NCBI RefSeq assembly: GCF_963921235.1
Contig: NC_086108.1
Span: forward strand, 108,192,001-108,256,000
Source: Mobula hypostoma
Taxonomy: Eukaryota
Direction: 5' to 3'
Length of the DNA: 64,000 nt
The position numbers and the translations under genes were made by a program. This document shows, piece by piece, positions 37,721 to 51,454 of this stretch; within the stretch, counting starts at the first letter, position 1; every line of letters starts with the position of its first letter. The notes beneath the pieces were generated by a model. That model saw only the letters and a list, made by a program, of their open reading frames with translations, was not told where the DNA came from and did not search any database.

Positions 37721-38011
37721 TTGCCATGATTATATATATATTTGGACCATAAGGCATAAGAGCAGAATTCGGCCATCTGGCCCATTGAGTCTGCTCCACC
37801 ATTCAATCATGGCCGAGCATTTTTCTCTCCTCCTCAACCCCAGTTCCCAGCCTTCTCCTGTAACCTTTGGCCATGTCCAATCAGGAACCTAAATATAATT
37901 ATATTTGTATAATTACATTTATTGTGTTCCTTATGCTTATTGTGTTTTTGATGCTGCATCAGATCCAGCGTAACAATCATTTTATTCTCTTTTACACTCG
38001 TGTACTGAAGA

Positions 38012-38375
38012 GTGTAAAAAGGCACCGAAGCATTCGGGCTCTCACGACCGGACAGTTTCTTTCCCCAAGCCATCAGACTCCTCAATACCCAGAGCCTGGA
38101 CTGACACCAACCTACTATACCCTCTACTGTGCCTACTGTCTTGTTTATTATTTATTATTATTATTGTAGTGCCTGCACTGTTTTGTGTCCTTTATGCAGT
38201 CCTGGATAGGTCTGTAGTCTAGTGTAGTTCTTGTGTTTTTTCTTACGTAGTTCAGTGTAGTTTTTGTATTGTTGCATGTAGCACCATGGTCCTGGAAAAC
38301 GTCGTCTCATTTTTACTTTCTGTACCAGCAGTTATGATTGAAATGACAATAAAAAGTGACTTGACTTGACTTGAC
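38012..38375 (+). mobile_element. Rex-type LINE 3' end with (GACTT)n tail
   Basis: SFFPQAIRLLN-type coding end (TTCCCCAAGCCATCAGACTCCTCAA), AATAAA, then GACTTGACTTGACTTGAC. Confidence 0.75.
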
Positions 38376-40424
38376 TGACAATAAACAATGTTGAATCTGA
38401 AATCTGGAAAACTATGAGAGGTGCATGACAGGGTGAATGATTGCAGGCTTTTTGCACTCGGTGAGACCAGAACCAGAGGTCGTAGGTAAAGAGTAAAAGG
38501 TGAAAATTTAAGGAAATGTGAGGGGGAGCTTCTTCAGTTAGAGAGTGGTTCATATGTGGAATGAGTTGCTGGTTGAAGTGGTGCGTGTGGGTTTGCTTAT
38601 TATATTTAACTAAATTATGGATAAGTATATTGACGGGCAGGTATCAAGGACTATGATCCAAATGTGACTCAATAGGATGAGGCAGAATTAACAGTTCAGC
38701 ATGGATGGTTCAAAGGGCCTGCTTCTGTACTCCCCTCCCCAGCCCCCAGAGGCTAGAGGTCTATCTTTAGGGTGAAAGGTGAAATTTTGAAGGGGAACTT
38801 GAGAGGGAACTTTTCACTCAGAGGGCCATGGTCAAAGTAAGTTTATTATCAGAATATGTATATGTTACCATATGCTATGTTGAGATTTATTTTCTTGCTG
38901 TTTTTACTGGAAAATGAAGAGATATAATAGAACTTATGAAAAACTATACATAAAGAAAGACTGACAAACACCCAATGTGCAAAAGAAGAAAAACTGTACA
39001 AATAAATAAATAATGCTGAGAACATCGGTTGTTGAGTGCTTGCTTGCAAGTGCGTCTCCAGGTTGTGGAATCAGTACAGTGTTGAGGTGCGTGAAGTTAT
39101 CCACACTGGTTCAGAGTGGTAACTGTAGGGTTGTGAGAGTGTGAATCGAGCTGCCGGTGGAAATGGTGGATGTGGGTTCAATTTAAGAAAAGCTTGGATC
39201 GATACATTGATGGGAGCAGTTTTGGGTGATGTGGGCCAGATGCTGGTAGCTGGGTCGAGGCAGAAGAATAGGCTGGCATGGACTAGATGGGCCAAAGGGC
39301 CTGTTTCTCTGTAGTGCTCTAATACAGGAACAGGAGCAGGCCACTCGGCACCTGCTATTCAATGTGATCTACCCAGGGGCTCAACGTCTCTAACTTGCTG
39401 TTCCCTGACGTCCGTAGTCCCTGGTTGTGCAATAATGGATCTAATTCCTCTTTATATCTATGTTCAACAACATTTCAGGGTGGAGAATTCTTGTGTTGCT
39501 CTACTCTTTGAGAGAAGTTCCTAGATGGCCAAGTTTAGAATGACTGCCACTTTACTTTGTAACTATAAACACAAGAGATTTTGTAGATGCTGGATATCCA
39601 GAGCAACACACACAAAGTTATGGAGTGTCTCCGCAAATCAGGCAGCATCTATGACAAGGAATAAACAGTTGACATTCCTTGCCTAAACCTTTCATCGGGA
39701 GTGGGAAGGAAAGGGGAAGAAGCCAGAATAATAAGTTTGGGGAAGGTGGAAGAGAACAAGTAGGCAATATATGAGACAATCTCTTCCCCAGCTCTTCTGT
39801 ACAAGATCATAAGATATTGGAGTAGAAATAGGCCATTTGGCCCATCGTGTCTGCTCCGCCATTTGATCAAGGCATTTTTTTCCCTTTTCAAACGAAAGAA
39901 TTCTCAACCCTGAAAGGTTTTGAAACTTACCTGTAGATATAAAGAGAAAGTGGGCCCATTCTTCAGTCTTCTCCCCATAACCTTTGTTTCCCCCCCTTAT
40001 CAATTAAGATCCTATCAACTCCACTTTTAGTATACCCAAAGACTTGGCCTCCCCAGCCATGTCTCTTTGTTGCCATTCCCCGTTCTGGAGTCCCTCTCAC
40101 ACTTCTCTTCTCCTCACTTACTCATCACTTCCATCCAGATCTACTCCTTCCCTTTCTCCTGTGATCCACACTCTGTTCTTACCTGATTCCTTCTTCAGCC
40201 CTTTACCACTTCTTCTTATCACCTCTCAGTTTCTTACTTCATCCCCTCTCCCTCACCCACACACCTTACCCCCCTCACCTGGTTTCACCTATTACCTGCC
40301 AGCTTGTCCTGGTCCTCCTCTTCCACCCCTCCCCCCCTGACCATCTTCATTCTCCTTCCTTCTAGCCCCCTGATGAAGGATCTCAGCCTGAAGTGTTGAC
40401 TGTTTCTTCTTCATGGATATTTTT

Positions 40425-41012
40425 ATATTTACTTTATACTTTATTGTCACCAAACAATTGATACTAGAATGTACAATCATCACAACGATATTTGATTCTG
40501 CGCTTCCTGCTCCCTGGATTACAAATCAATAGTAAATATTAAAAATTTAAATTATAAATCATAAATAGAAAATAGAAAAATGGAAAGTAAGGTAGTGCAA
40601 AAAAACCGAGAGGCAGGTCCGGATATTTGGAGGGTACGGCCCAGATCCAGGTCAGGATCCGTTCAGCAGTCTTATCACAGTTGGAAAGAAGCTGTTCCCA
40701 AATCTGGCCGTACGAGTCTTCAAGCTCCTGAGCCTTCTCCCGGAGGGAAGAGGGACAAAAAGTGTGTTGGCTGGGTGGGTCGTGTCCTTGATTATCCTGG
40801 CAGCACTGCTATGACAGCGTGCAGTGTAAAGTGAGTCCAAGGACGGAAGATTGGTTTGTGTGATGTGCTGTGCTGTGTTCACGATCTTCTGCAGCTTCTT
40901 CCGGTCTTGGACAGAACAACTTCCATACCAGGTTGTGATGCACCCTAGAAGAATGCTTTCTATGGTGCATCTATAAAAATTAGTGAGGGTTTTACGGGAC
41001 AGGCCAGATTTC
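40425..41012 (-). mobile_element. Young Rex1/Babar copy 2
   Basis: ORF 40652-41059(-) is nearly identical to the C-terminus of 17895-18830; same 3' UTR. Confidence 0.9.
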
Positions 41013-41419
41013 CTGACTTGCTGTGTTCCTCCAGCATTTTGTGTGCGTTGCCCTGTCACTTCTCTCGCTTTCCTTCAACCCCTCCCCGGCACTCCGACAT
41101 GGCAGGATCTGATTGCCACATCTAGTCCTGCTTTTCCACGCTTTCTGTCAAGACTCGCAGAGCCCGCATCATTATTCATGACAACACAATATGCCGTGAC
41201 CTTTTAAAGATGATCTCTGTGACGACGCAAACCTCTCATGTGTCTGCTTTCGAAAACGTCTATTTTATTATCTAGCTCATCCATCATGCCAAAGATTCCT
41301 CTCGAAGTAATCCTGCATTCTTCTTGCTGCCACCTCTCATTTTCTTAGTTCCTTTTCTCATAGCGCATGCAAAGCACAGCTCGACAACAGGCAAAGTGCT
41401 GAACACAATGGCAGATTGT

Positions 41420-41750
41420 GGGACAGCACGGTAGAGTAGCAGTTAGCGCAAACGTCACAGCACCAGCTGTAAGAACGGGGTTCATTTCCTACTGCTGTCT
41501 TTAAGGAGTTTGTGCATTCGACCTGTGACCGTGTGGGTTTGCTCCGGGTGCTCTGATTTCCTCCCACGTTCCACGTATGTGTCAGAGTTACAAGTTGTGG
41601 AGCACCCTATGTTGGCACTAGAAGCGTGGTGACACTCGCGGGATTTTCCCAGCACATCCTCGGACTGTGTTGGTTGTTGACGCAAAGCAATGTGTTTCAC
41701 TGTGTATTTCGATGTTTTGATGCACATGTGACAAATAAAGCTAATCATTA
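41420..41750 (+). mobile_element. V-SINE, full length
   Basis: Head GGGACAGCACGGTAGAGTAGCAGTTAGCG, V-domain and GTGACAAATAAAGCTAAT tail. Confidence 0.85.
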
Positions 41751-42799
41751 TTAATTAAACTGTAGCAGCGCTCGCAAAAAGTTTCAGGGCTATTTATTCA
41801 TCTCTGGAGACGCTGCCTGACCTGCTGAGTTCCTCCACCATTTTGTGTATGTTGCTTTGGATTTCCAATATCTGCAGACACTGTTGAGCCCCTCTTGCTC
41901 TAGATAAAACAGCCCAAGTTTGTCTGACCTTCCCTCTAATCCCGGCATCCTGATACTTCAGGTGAGGCCTCACTGAACGCAGCAAGGCTTTCTGCAGTCT
42001 TGTCGCTTCAGGCCGCATGAGGGGCCTCTCTCTTGTACCTCTGCAGTAGCTGTGAAAGCTTCACTGCCTCTCAGAGGTCGTCGAGCATCAGAGAACACCC
42101 CTATGATATGTGCTGCTGTCAAAGGCACACAGGCAAAAGACACATCACACCAGACCACTCCTAATTCACCACGACAATCAAGTATAAATGGGAACGACAC
42201 TAGTGAGGGCCGGCCTACTTAAATATGCTTCGTAATTAAGCGCATTCTTGTAGGGTAATAATCGCAAAGCACTGATTGAGGCCAGGCAGTAAATCAACAC
42301 ATCTCCCTGAGTGGACGTTTCCACTGATGTAGGCTTTCGGTGAATGACATGGTTGGCTTGACACTGTGTTTTGGCACTTAATTATTGAAGACAGTGATTT
42401 TTAGTTAATGGAACACTGATTTATGGATACTTTTGCCTTTGCAATGGATTTCTGTCATTGTTCAGTACAGGGAAATAAATGCATTTTCTCCTGTACACAA
42501 CAATGTGCCCAGTTTTAGGTATTTTTTTTCTTTGCTTGTTGTCAGGAATCAACAAAAGGCTTGAAACAGGGAAGTGCCTCCTCTCAATCTTGTCAGCCGT
42601 GACTAAGTGTGTTGAGCCCACAGTCTCCAGAGACAGGTGGCTTAAATCCAACTCCAAAGGCCTTTTTTAAAAAATTTATTCATTCATAGAGTGTCAGCAT
42701 CACTGAATTTATCGTCCTCACCAAGAAATCAGTTAAAAATCAATGCTGTATTTGGGTGTAGAGTCACTTACAGGCCAGACTGGATAAGGATGACATATT

Positions 42800-43460
42800 T
42801 CTGCAGGTTGAATCGCTGGTGTGGAAGGCAAATACAATGTTAGCATTCATTTCAAGAGGACGAGAATATAAAAGCAAAGATGTAATGTTGAAGCTTTACA
42901 AGACATTGGTCAGACTGCATTTGGAGTATTATGAACAGTTTTAGGTTAAGAAATCCTATCTAAGAAAGGGTGTGCTAGCATTCGAAAGGGTCCAAAGGAG
43001 GTTCAGGAGTATGATCCTGGAAATGGAAGGGTTAACGTATGAGGACTGTTTGATGCCTCTGCTCCTGTACTCACTGGAGTTCAGAAGAATGAGGGCAGAT
43101 CTCATTGAAACTTATCACATATTGAAAAGCCTGGATCGTGTGAATGTGGAGAGAATGTACCCTATAGTGTGGAAAATCTAGGACCAGAGGGCACAGCTTC
43201 AGAATAGCAGGACATCCCTTTAGAACAGGGATGCAGAGGAATTTCTTTCACTAGAGGGTAGTGAATCTGTGGAATTCATTGCCACAGATGGCTGTGGAGG
43301 CCAAGTCATTGGGTACATTTAAAGCAGTGGGTGAGAGGTTCATGATTAGTCAGGGCATCAACGGTTATGGAGAGAAGGCAGGAGAATGGTGTTGAGAGGG
43401 ATAATAAATCAGTCATGATGGAATGGCAGAGCAGTATTTGGTTCCTGTGTCCTCTGCTCT
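42800..43460 (+). mobile_element. CR1 3' fragment
   Basis: ORF 42972 FERVQRRFRSMILEMEGLTYED..RRMRADLIETY, followed by the CR1 3' UTR. Confidence 0.88.
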
Positions 43461-44324
43461 TATTTCCTCCACTGAAGGGGACATTTTTGAGCTGCCATGA
43501 TGGATGCGGCTTCACTTGTGACATTTAAGGTTGGATAGGTACTTTGAGAGGAGGGGTTTATGTGGAAAGAGCTTGGACTAAGCAGAAGATCAGGTCAGCT
43601 TAGCTGTTCAAAACACATAACACAGAGTAATGTGATTATCACATTAATTTATTGCGTTTCACATTTATCAAAACATTTCCACTATTCCCCACATTCAATC
43701 CCTTCTCTGAAACCAACTTGATTTCTTTCTTTCTCAGTGTTAACCCTTTTCCCCTTTGATGGAAAGTAGCCTCCATCATCAAGAACCACTCCCACTGTCC
43801 AGGCCATGCTCTCTTCTTGCTGCTACCATTGGACAGGAGGTTCAGGAGCGTCAGGACCCACATCACCAATTTCAGGAACATTTGTTACCCGTCAACCATC
43901 ATGCTCAAACCAGAAGGGAGAACTTCACTCAACTTCTTTCACCCCCTCACTGAACTTTTCCCACAACCTATGGATGTATTCATTTTCAATGACTCTCATC
44001 TCATGTTCTCGATACTGATTGTGTATTTATTTACTATTATTTTCCTCCTTTGTTTTTGCTGTGAATGTCCACAAGAAAATGAATCTTAGGGTTGCATGTG
44101 GTGACATATTTATTTAGAGGTCAGCAAGGAGTAGGCCTTTCTGGCTCTTTGAACTATGTTGTTCCAGCAACCCCACAACCCTGATTTAACACTGACCCAA
44201 TCATGGGACAATTTTACATGACCAATTAGCCTACCTATTAAATTTTGGACTGTGGGAGAAAATTGAAGCACCCAGGGGAAACCTACACATTCCATAGGGG
44301 AGATATACAGAGACTCCTTACTGT

Positions 44325-44870
44325 AAGATATAGGAGCTGGATTAGGCCATTTGGCCCATTGAGTCTGCTCTACCATTTCATCATGGCTGATCCATTTTTC
44401 CTCTCAGCTCCAATCTCCTGCCTTCCCCACATATCCCTTCATATTCTTGACCAATCCAGAATCTATCAAATCAGCCTTAAATATACATAAAGACTTGACC
44501 TCCACAGCTACCTGAATTCCACAGATTCACCACTCTCTGGCTAAAGAGATTCCATTTTAAAAGGACATCCAGCTATTTTGAGGCTGTGTCCTCTGGTCTT
44601 AGACTCTCCCAACATAGGAAACATCCTCTCCACGTCCACTCCATCAAGGCCTTTCACCATTTGATAGGTTTCCATGAGGTCACCCCTCATTCTTCAGAAT
44701 TCAAGTGAATACAGGCCCAGATGCATCAAAATCTCTTCATATTGACAAGCTATTCAATTGAAAGCCATTTTTGTGACCCTCTGTTGAACCCTCTCCAGTT
44801 TCAGCACATCCTTTCTAAGATAAGCGTCCCAGATCTACTCACAATACTCCCAAGTGAGGCCTCACTATTG
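44325..44870 (-). mobile_element. CR1 3' fragment
   Basis: Reverse complement of the 42800-43460 family. Confidence 0.85.
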
Positions 44871-46419
44871 CTTACAGAGGATGCTGGATTGTGCTTTGAA
44901 CTCCGACGCCCTGATATGCAAGAGCATCACACTAACTGCTACTGCTACTCTACCATGGTGTCGCTTACTTGAGCTTTCCAGCATCTGCGTTTGTTTATTT
45001 CAATTTCCTGGGATGTTGTCTGAGTGCATCCACCTTCCTTGCTCTCTCTCATTATCCCTACGAATCTGGAGTTGCCTCCAACTAGGCAGCAGGATGGCAG
45101 TTAACACACCTTCCTCTTGGTGAACGGGATGTGGAAGGAGAGCATCTTTAAATTTTAAAAAGCCTGCTGTTAAGGCACTTACAGCCTGTGCTGCTATTTG
45201 AGGAATAGCATTACAAACGAGCTTTGCTCGTGCAGCAAAAAATGGCGGAGACGTTTTTTATCCGCCACCTTCTGGAATGGGAGGTCTACACTGGATGTGG
45301 TGGATACGGCCCAGTCCATCATGGGAAAGGCCCTCCCCACAACTGAGTACATTTACATGCAGCTTTGCCACAAGGAGCCAGCGTCCATCATCAAGGAAGT
45401 CAGCGAGTCAGGCATCATCTGTGGTGACAAATTAACAGTCAACATCTCACGCCAAGGACCTTCAAATTAATTCCTCTCCGTAGACGCTGCCTGACCTACT
45501 GAGTTCCTCCGGCATTTTGTGTATATTATTCTGGATTTACAGCTTCTGCAGAACCTCTTGTGTTTATCCATTATCAAGAGCCCCTTATTATCCAGGCAAT
45601 ATTCTTTTCTCACTACCACGGTCAGGCAGGAGGTACAGAAGCCTTAGGGCCAGGTTTAGAAGCAGATATTACCCTTCAACCATCAGATCCCTGAACCAGC
45701 GTGGGTAACTTCACTCACTCCAACTCTGAATCCTACAACCTACGCACTCACTTTAAAGGATGCTACAACTCCTGTTCTCTGTATTATTTATTTACTTCTA
45801 AGTCTGTTGATGAAATTGCTTATCGCTGAAACCATCTTTTCTGGACCCTTCATTCGACCATGAGATTATAAGACAAAGGAGCAGAATTAGGCCATTCAGC
45901 CCATTGAGTCTGCTCCACCATTCCAGCATGCTGATTTATTATCCCTCTCAACTCTAAAAGTAGTGGATACAGCCCAGTCCCTTGCAGGCAAAGCCCTCCC
46001 CACCAGTGGACACATTTACAAAGAGTGGTTCCACTAGTAAGCAGCATTCTTCATCAAGGACCCCCTCCATCCAGGCCGTTCTCTCTTCTCGCTGCCACCA
46101 CCAAGTTCAGAAACAGATATTATGCTGTAACCGTCAGGCTCCTGAATCAGCACACTGGTTGTTTGTTAGTCTTTGTTTATGGATAGTTTTTCATAATCCT
46201 ATTGTAATACCTTATTTTCCTCTAAATGCTTGCAAGCAGGTGTATCTCAGGGCAGTATAAGGTGACCTGCACATACTTTACATATACTTATACATAACAA
46301 ATTACTTTAACTTTCACCGAATTCAGGAAGTTAACCTTGATCTGACATCACTGTATATTAGATTTGATAAGGCTCTTGGATCGGATACTTTGGCCAGTCT
46401 TATCACTGCAGAAGGGATT

Positions 46420-46720
46420 GGTACTGTAGCACAGTGGTTTGCGTAATGCTTTACAGCACCAGTGAACAGTGATCGCGGCTCAGTTCCTGCTGGAGTCTGG
46501 AAGGAATTTCTTGTTCTCCCCAGGGCTGCATGGATTTCCTCCCACATTCCAAAGCTGTACGGGCTGGGGTCAGTAAACTGAGGGCTTGTTACCTTGGCTC
46601 CAGAAGCGTAGTGACACTCGCAGGCTGCCCCCAGCGCATCTCGGACTGTGATGGTTGTTGACGCAAGTGTTGCATTTCATGGTATGGTTCGTTGTATATG
46701 TGACAGATAAGGTTAATTAT
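46420..46720 (+). mobile_element. V-SINE
   Basis: tRNA-like head, partial V-domain and the shared tail. Confidence 0.75.
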
Positions 46721-49693
46721 TAATAGGGCTTGCATTGTTCCCAATAGTTACCTCACTTTGTGGACATACAATCAATATGTCCACCCTGCTCATGGACTAT
46801 TTGTTTCACTCCTATCAGGGAGGAGGCTACATAGCACCCACGACAGGACCACCAAACTTAAAAACAGTCACTTGGCTCAAGGAATAAGGCTGATCAACAC
46901 CTCCACCTACTAACCCCTCCTCCACACCCCCACCCACCACTGCTTTCTCATTTCCTGTCCGTCATCTTATGTACAGACACTCCTGTGCCTAATGTCACTT
47001 TATGGACATTCAATCAATCTATGTGTATAAGCTATCTTATGTTCTTATAGTTATTGGGTTCCTTATCTTACTCTTTTTTTGGTGCTGCATCGGATCTGGA
47101 GTAACAATTATTTTGTTCTCCCTTACACTCGTGTACTGGAAATGACATTAAACAATATTGAATCTTGAATGTGGAAGCAGCAGAGGGTTGGAGACAGATC
47201 TCATTGAACTATTCATTTTGGACTTTGCCTGTTAAAACCCACACTCCCAGCACCTTGTGCTATAAAAGGGTTCTGGCAGCAAAATTTAGCTTCCAATGAG
47301 CAGGCAGGTTTTATCACCACTGACTGGTGCTATCGTTAACCTTTGTCCTTCACCTCTGGTTTCTACCTCCAGATTGGCAGGAAGCTGAGGGCAGAGCACA
47401 CTAACCTCTCCTCTTTGCCTCCGGGGCCTTAGGCTGTAATTGGTCAAAGCTCAGGAACAAGCAGCAGAGGTCTGTGGCTGGAGAATATAAAATTCACCTT
47501 CATAAAATTGTCTGCTACACATCCTAAAGGTCTCATTAATCGACACCTGTGTGCTCACAGTGAGGACGTGTCGTCAACAGAAGAAAATGTTTCCTACTCC
47601 TATTGTGTTGTCCTGTAGGCTTTGAGTCTGTATTCAATCAGGCAGTTTTTTTTGTAGACGGTTACCTGGCCGTGAGGAAGCCTAAGAGAATAAGAGATAG
47701 GAGCAGAATTGGACCATTCATCCCATTCGAAACTCTTAGATATGCACAGGGATGATAGAAAATTATGTAGATTGAGTGGATAGTCAATGACGTTTCCAGA
47801 ACGGAAATGGCTAATACCAGGGGACATAATTTTATGGAGATTGGAGTATAGGGGGTTATCAGAAGTAGTTTTTTTTTACACAGAGAGTGGTAGCTGCTTA
47901 GAGTGTCCTCACAGGAGTCAGAGGAATTCCCCCACACCTTGTTCTAGCTTCTTCTCGTCCCTCCCTTTATTTCCAGTTTTGATGAGGGAGGCTCGGTCTG
48001 AAACGTGGCCTGTTTGTTCCTCTGGATGGAGGCTGTTTATTTCTCTGCATAGGTGCTGCCTGACCTACTGAGTTCGTGTGTGTTACTCTGGATTTCCAGC
48101 ATCTGCTGAATCTCTTGTGTTAATGATTTGCAAGCTGAGGACTTGTTCAGTTCACTGCTGCTTCACTTTCAGGGATACTCAACCCCTATTCTGTTCTCTG
48201 ACAAGATTTCTGCCCATCTCTCTTCCCTTGTTTACCCTCTATGACATCACCTTCCCTTCTTTGATTGATATCCCACTGTTATCAGATTCATGAACAGACC
48301 AATTCTACAATAAGATGGAGTCCTGGCCTCACAATCTACCTCATTTCTTGGCGGATTTACACTTTATTCTGAATTGTTATTGCTTTGCCTTATTCCAGCT
48401 CACTAATTTGATCTGTATAAACAATACATAAGACCAGCTTTTATTGTAACTATGGACATGCGACAATGCTAAACCAATCCAATCAAAGTTTGTCGAAGAC
48501 CCATGCCCATAGCCATGGTCTTCTGCCTTATATCTGTCCCCACAGGTGAAGCATGACCTGTGGAAGATATTGTTTTTATTCCTCTGTATTTTTTTTGTAG
48601 CTTTCCATCAATTGCAGTCTTTAAGGTTTCCCTTTCTTCTGGTGAGACTGGGATAGAGATATGACAGAGAGACATTCGAGTGAGCCCTCTGTCAACGACA
48701 AGGTTACTCTCCTCACTGCATCATCAGTCCTCCCTCTCAAACCTCTCACCAGGTCACTGAGCAGCATCTCACCCTAGGAAACCTTCACTGCTTTATTTGT
48801 GTGTTGTCTGCGCAAGGCTGGGTAATGGCTTTAAAAGAAATGCGGCTGGAAGATGCTTTCTCCTTACTGCTGAACAAGAGGAAGTTTTATTTTGTTATTT
48901 AAAGATACAGCACAGTTACAGGCCCTTTCAACCCAGTGAACCTGTATCACCCAGTCATAACCATGTGACCTACTAACCCGCGTATCGATGGATTGTGTCA
49001 GCAGCAGGAAGTAGTCCATACAGTCACAGGAGAGAAGGTACATACTCCTTACAGCCAGTAGTGGGAACTGAACCCAGACTGTCAGCACTGTAATATTGTT
49101 ACACTAACAGATAGAGTCATAGGACACTACGGCACCGAACCAGGCCTTTCAGCCTGTCTAGTCCATGCCGACCCATTATTTTGCCTAGTCCCACTGATCT
49201 GCACCCAGACCGTATCCCTCCATACCTCTTCCATCCATGTACATTTAAAATTTCTATTAAATGTCAGAACTGAACCCACGTTCACCACTTGTGCTGGTGG
49301 CTCATTCCCCCTCATGTTCTACCTAAACGTTTCACATCTCACCCTTAACTCAAGTCATCTAGTTCTAGTCTCACCTGACCTCAGTGGAAAAACCCAATAG
49401 AAAGGGAAGAACATCAAATTTTCCTTTTGGTAAAAAAAACTTTTTCCTTCTCCCTTCCCTCATCTTCTTTTCCCCACTCTGACCCTTCTTACCTCTTCTT
49501 CTCACCTGCCTGTCATGTTCTCCTGCTGCCCCTCCTTCTTCCACTTCTCTCATGGTCCACTCTCCTCCCCAATCAGATTCCTTCCTCACCAGTACATTAC
49601 CTCTCCCACCTACCTAACATCACCTATCGCCTTCTGCCTAGTCCTCCTTCCCCCACTGCACCTTCTTATTCTGATGCCTTCCTCCTTCATTTC

Positions 49694-49731
49694 CAGTCCT
49701 GATGAAGGGTCTCAGCCTGAAACGTTGACTG
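49694..49731 (+). ncRNA. Minimal type I hammerhead ribozyme, intact core (older Penelope-like subfamily, fragment about 49420-49795)
   Basis: CAGTC-CTGATGA-AGGGTCTCAGCCT-GAAA-CGTT^GACTG; 5-bp stem I; palindromic AACGTT at stem III. Confidence 0.85.
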
Positions 49732-50354
49732 TTTATTCATTTCCAGAGATGCTGCCTGACCTGCTAACTTCCTCCAGCACCTTGTGTGCATGTTACTCCA
49801 ACATTATAGCCTGCATCTACCCTATCTATACCATTAATATTATATACACCTTTATCAAATCTCTCCTCATTCTGCTACAAAGGATTGTCAGACCATTTTC
49901 CAACATGCTCGTCAGCTGGTTTCTCAGGCTGTGTTTTTGGGAAAGAAGCATCTCATCAGTTGGTGACAAATTATTTGTAGTGTTTTACCTTCAAACGCAA
50001 CACATCAGGCAATGGCTTATCATGCTTGGGAACACGCCAAGGGTTATGTCACCAGCTACAGCTCAGGTTCTGGGAGCTGGTTGCTATTGATTTTCATTAT
50101 CTCACTCTCCTCACCAGATTTACGGAATAACATTGAAGCAACCATTTGCCCTCAGGTGCTGTGACTTTCATGGTTATGGGCATGCATTTGGGCTCCCATG
50201 GCAACGGAATGTAAAATTGTGTTTGCTTGCCTCACGTGGTGGCACAGTTGTGGCTGAGAGGGGAGATTGTGGGCCTAGACGTCTCGGGTGTGCTCAAGGC
50301 CACAATGTGGGAGCAATGCATTGTGGGAAATGCTGAAGCATGATGCTAAATTTT

Positions 50355-50690
50355 AAAGATTGTCGTGTGTCTGAGGCCTCCGATGGCCAGGGTCGTCCAT
50401 GCATATTGCGTCCTAGTTGTCTAGATATACGAGGCTGGGCAGTACAATATGGAGAGCAAGCTGTTTTCCATGTATTAGGCTTCCCCTCATACATATCAGA
50501 TGAACCCAAAGGAGTGGCAGAGGCCGATACAGTTTGGCACCAACAGCATCGCAGGAGGTGCCAGTCAGTGTTGAACTCAACGTAGGACTGCCTTAGGACC
50601 CCAGCTCAGGCATTATCCCTCAGGGTTTACTCCTGAAGCCTTCCCCATGAGTGGGTGTAGCCACAAGGCAGCGGAAGTTTGAAATCATGT
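50355..50690 (-). mobile_element. Probable RTE 5'-UTR-derived element (copy 2)
   Basis: Aligns with 5730-6025. Confidence 0.6.
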
Positions 50691-51454
50691 GTACATTGAA
50701 ACCTAAAGTGAAATGTGTCATTTGCATCATCAGCCAAAACATCTGAAGATGTCTTGGGGCAGCGCATAAGAGTTGCAATCGTTCCGTTGCCAACCCTGAA
50801 CATAGAACATTACAGCACAGTGCAGGCCCTTTGGTCCATGATGTTGTGCCATCATGGCTGATTTATTACTCTCTCAACTCCCTTCTACTGCCTTCTCCCC
50901 GTAACCTTCACTATCTTTACTACTCAAGAACCTATCAATCTCCACGTTAAATATACCTAACTAACTGTTAAGCTAGACCCTTCTCTCCAACATAACCTCC
51001 ATTTTTCTATCATCCACGTGCCTATCCAAGATCTTTTTAATGCCCCTGAAGTATCTTTCATAATGTATAAGACATGCCTACAACTTACTAAACCTATCCT
51101 GTAATACTTTCTGGAATTGGGGAAAAAACTGGAACAACTACAGGAAACCCATGCATTCCTGGGGAGAACATACAAACTCAGTGGCGGGAATGGAACCCAG
51201 ATCGTGATCATTGGTGCTGTAAAGTATCACGCTAACCTCTATGATACTGTGCAGCCTATAATGTCCATTTGTCCAGCATGATCCCTTAGTTAGTGACACT
51301 CCCACAAATCAGTCTATTTCTCTCCTTTAGTACTCCATGACTACACTATAATCGAGATTGATATTGGATGATCAGACTATGCATGTATGGCTCTATGTTC
51401 CCTTGACTGTAAGAAAGAAGCATGTAAACATTTGAAGAGGTGTAACCTATAGAA

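Noticed and set aside
49515..50090. 191-aa ORF
   Set aside because: Spans a Penelope-like 3' region, CR1 debris and unique DNA; chimeric and without a domain.
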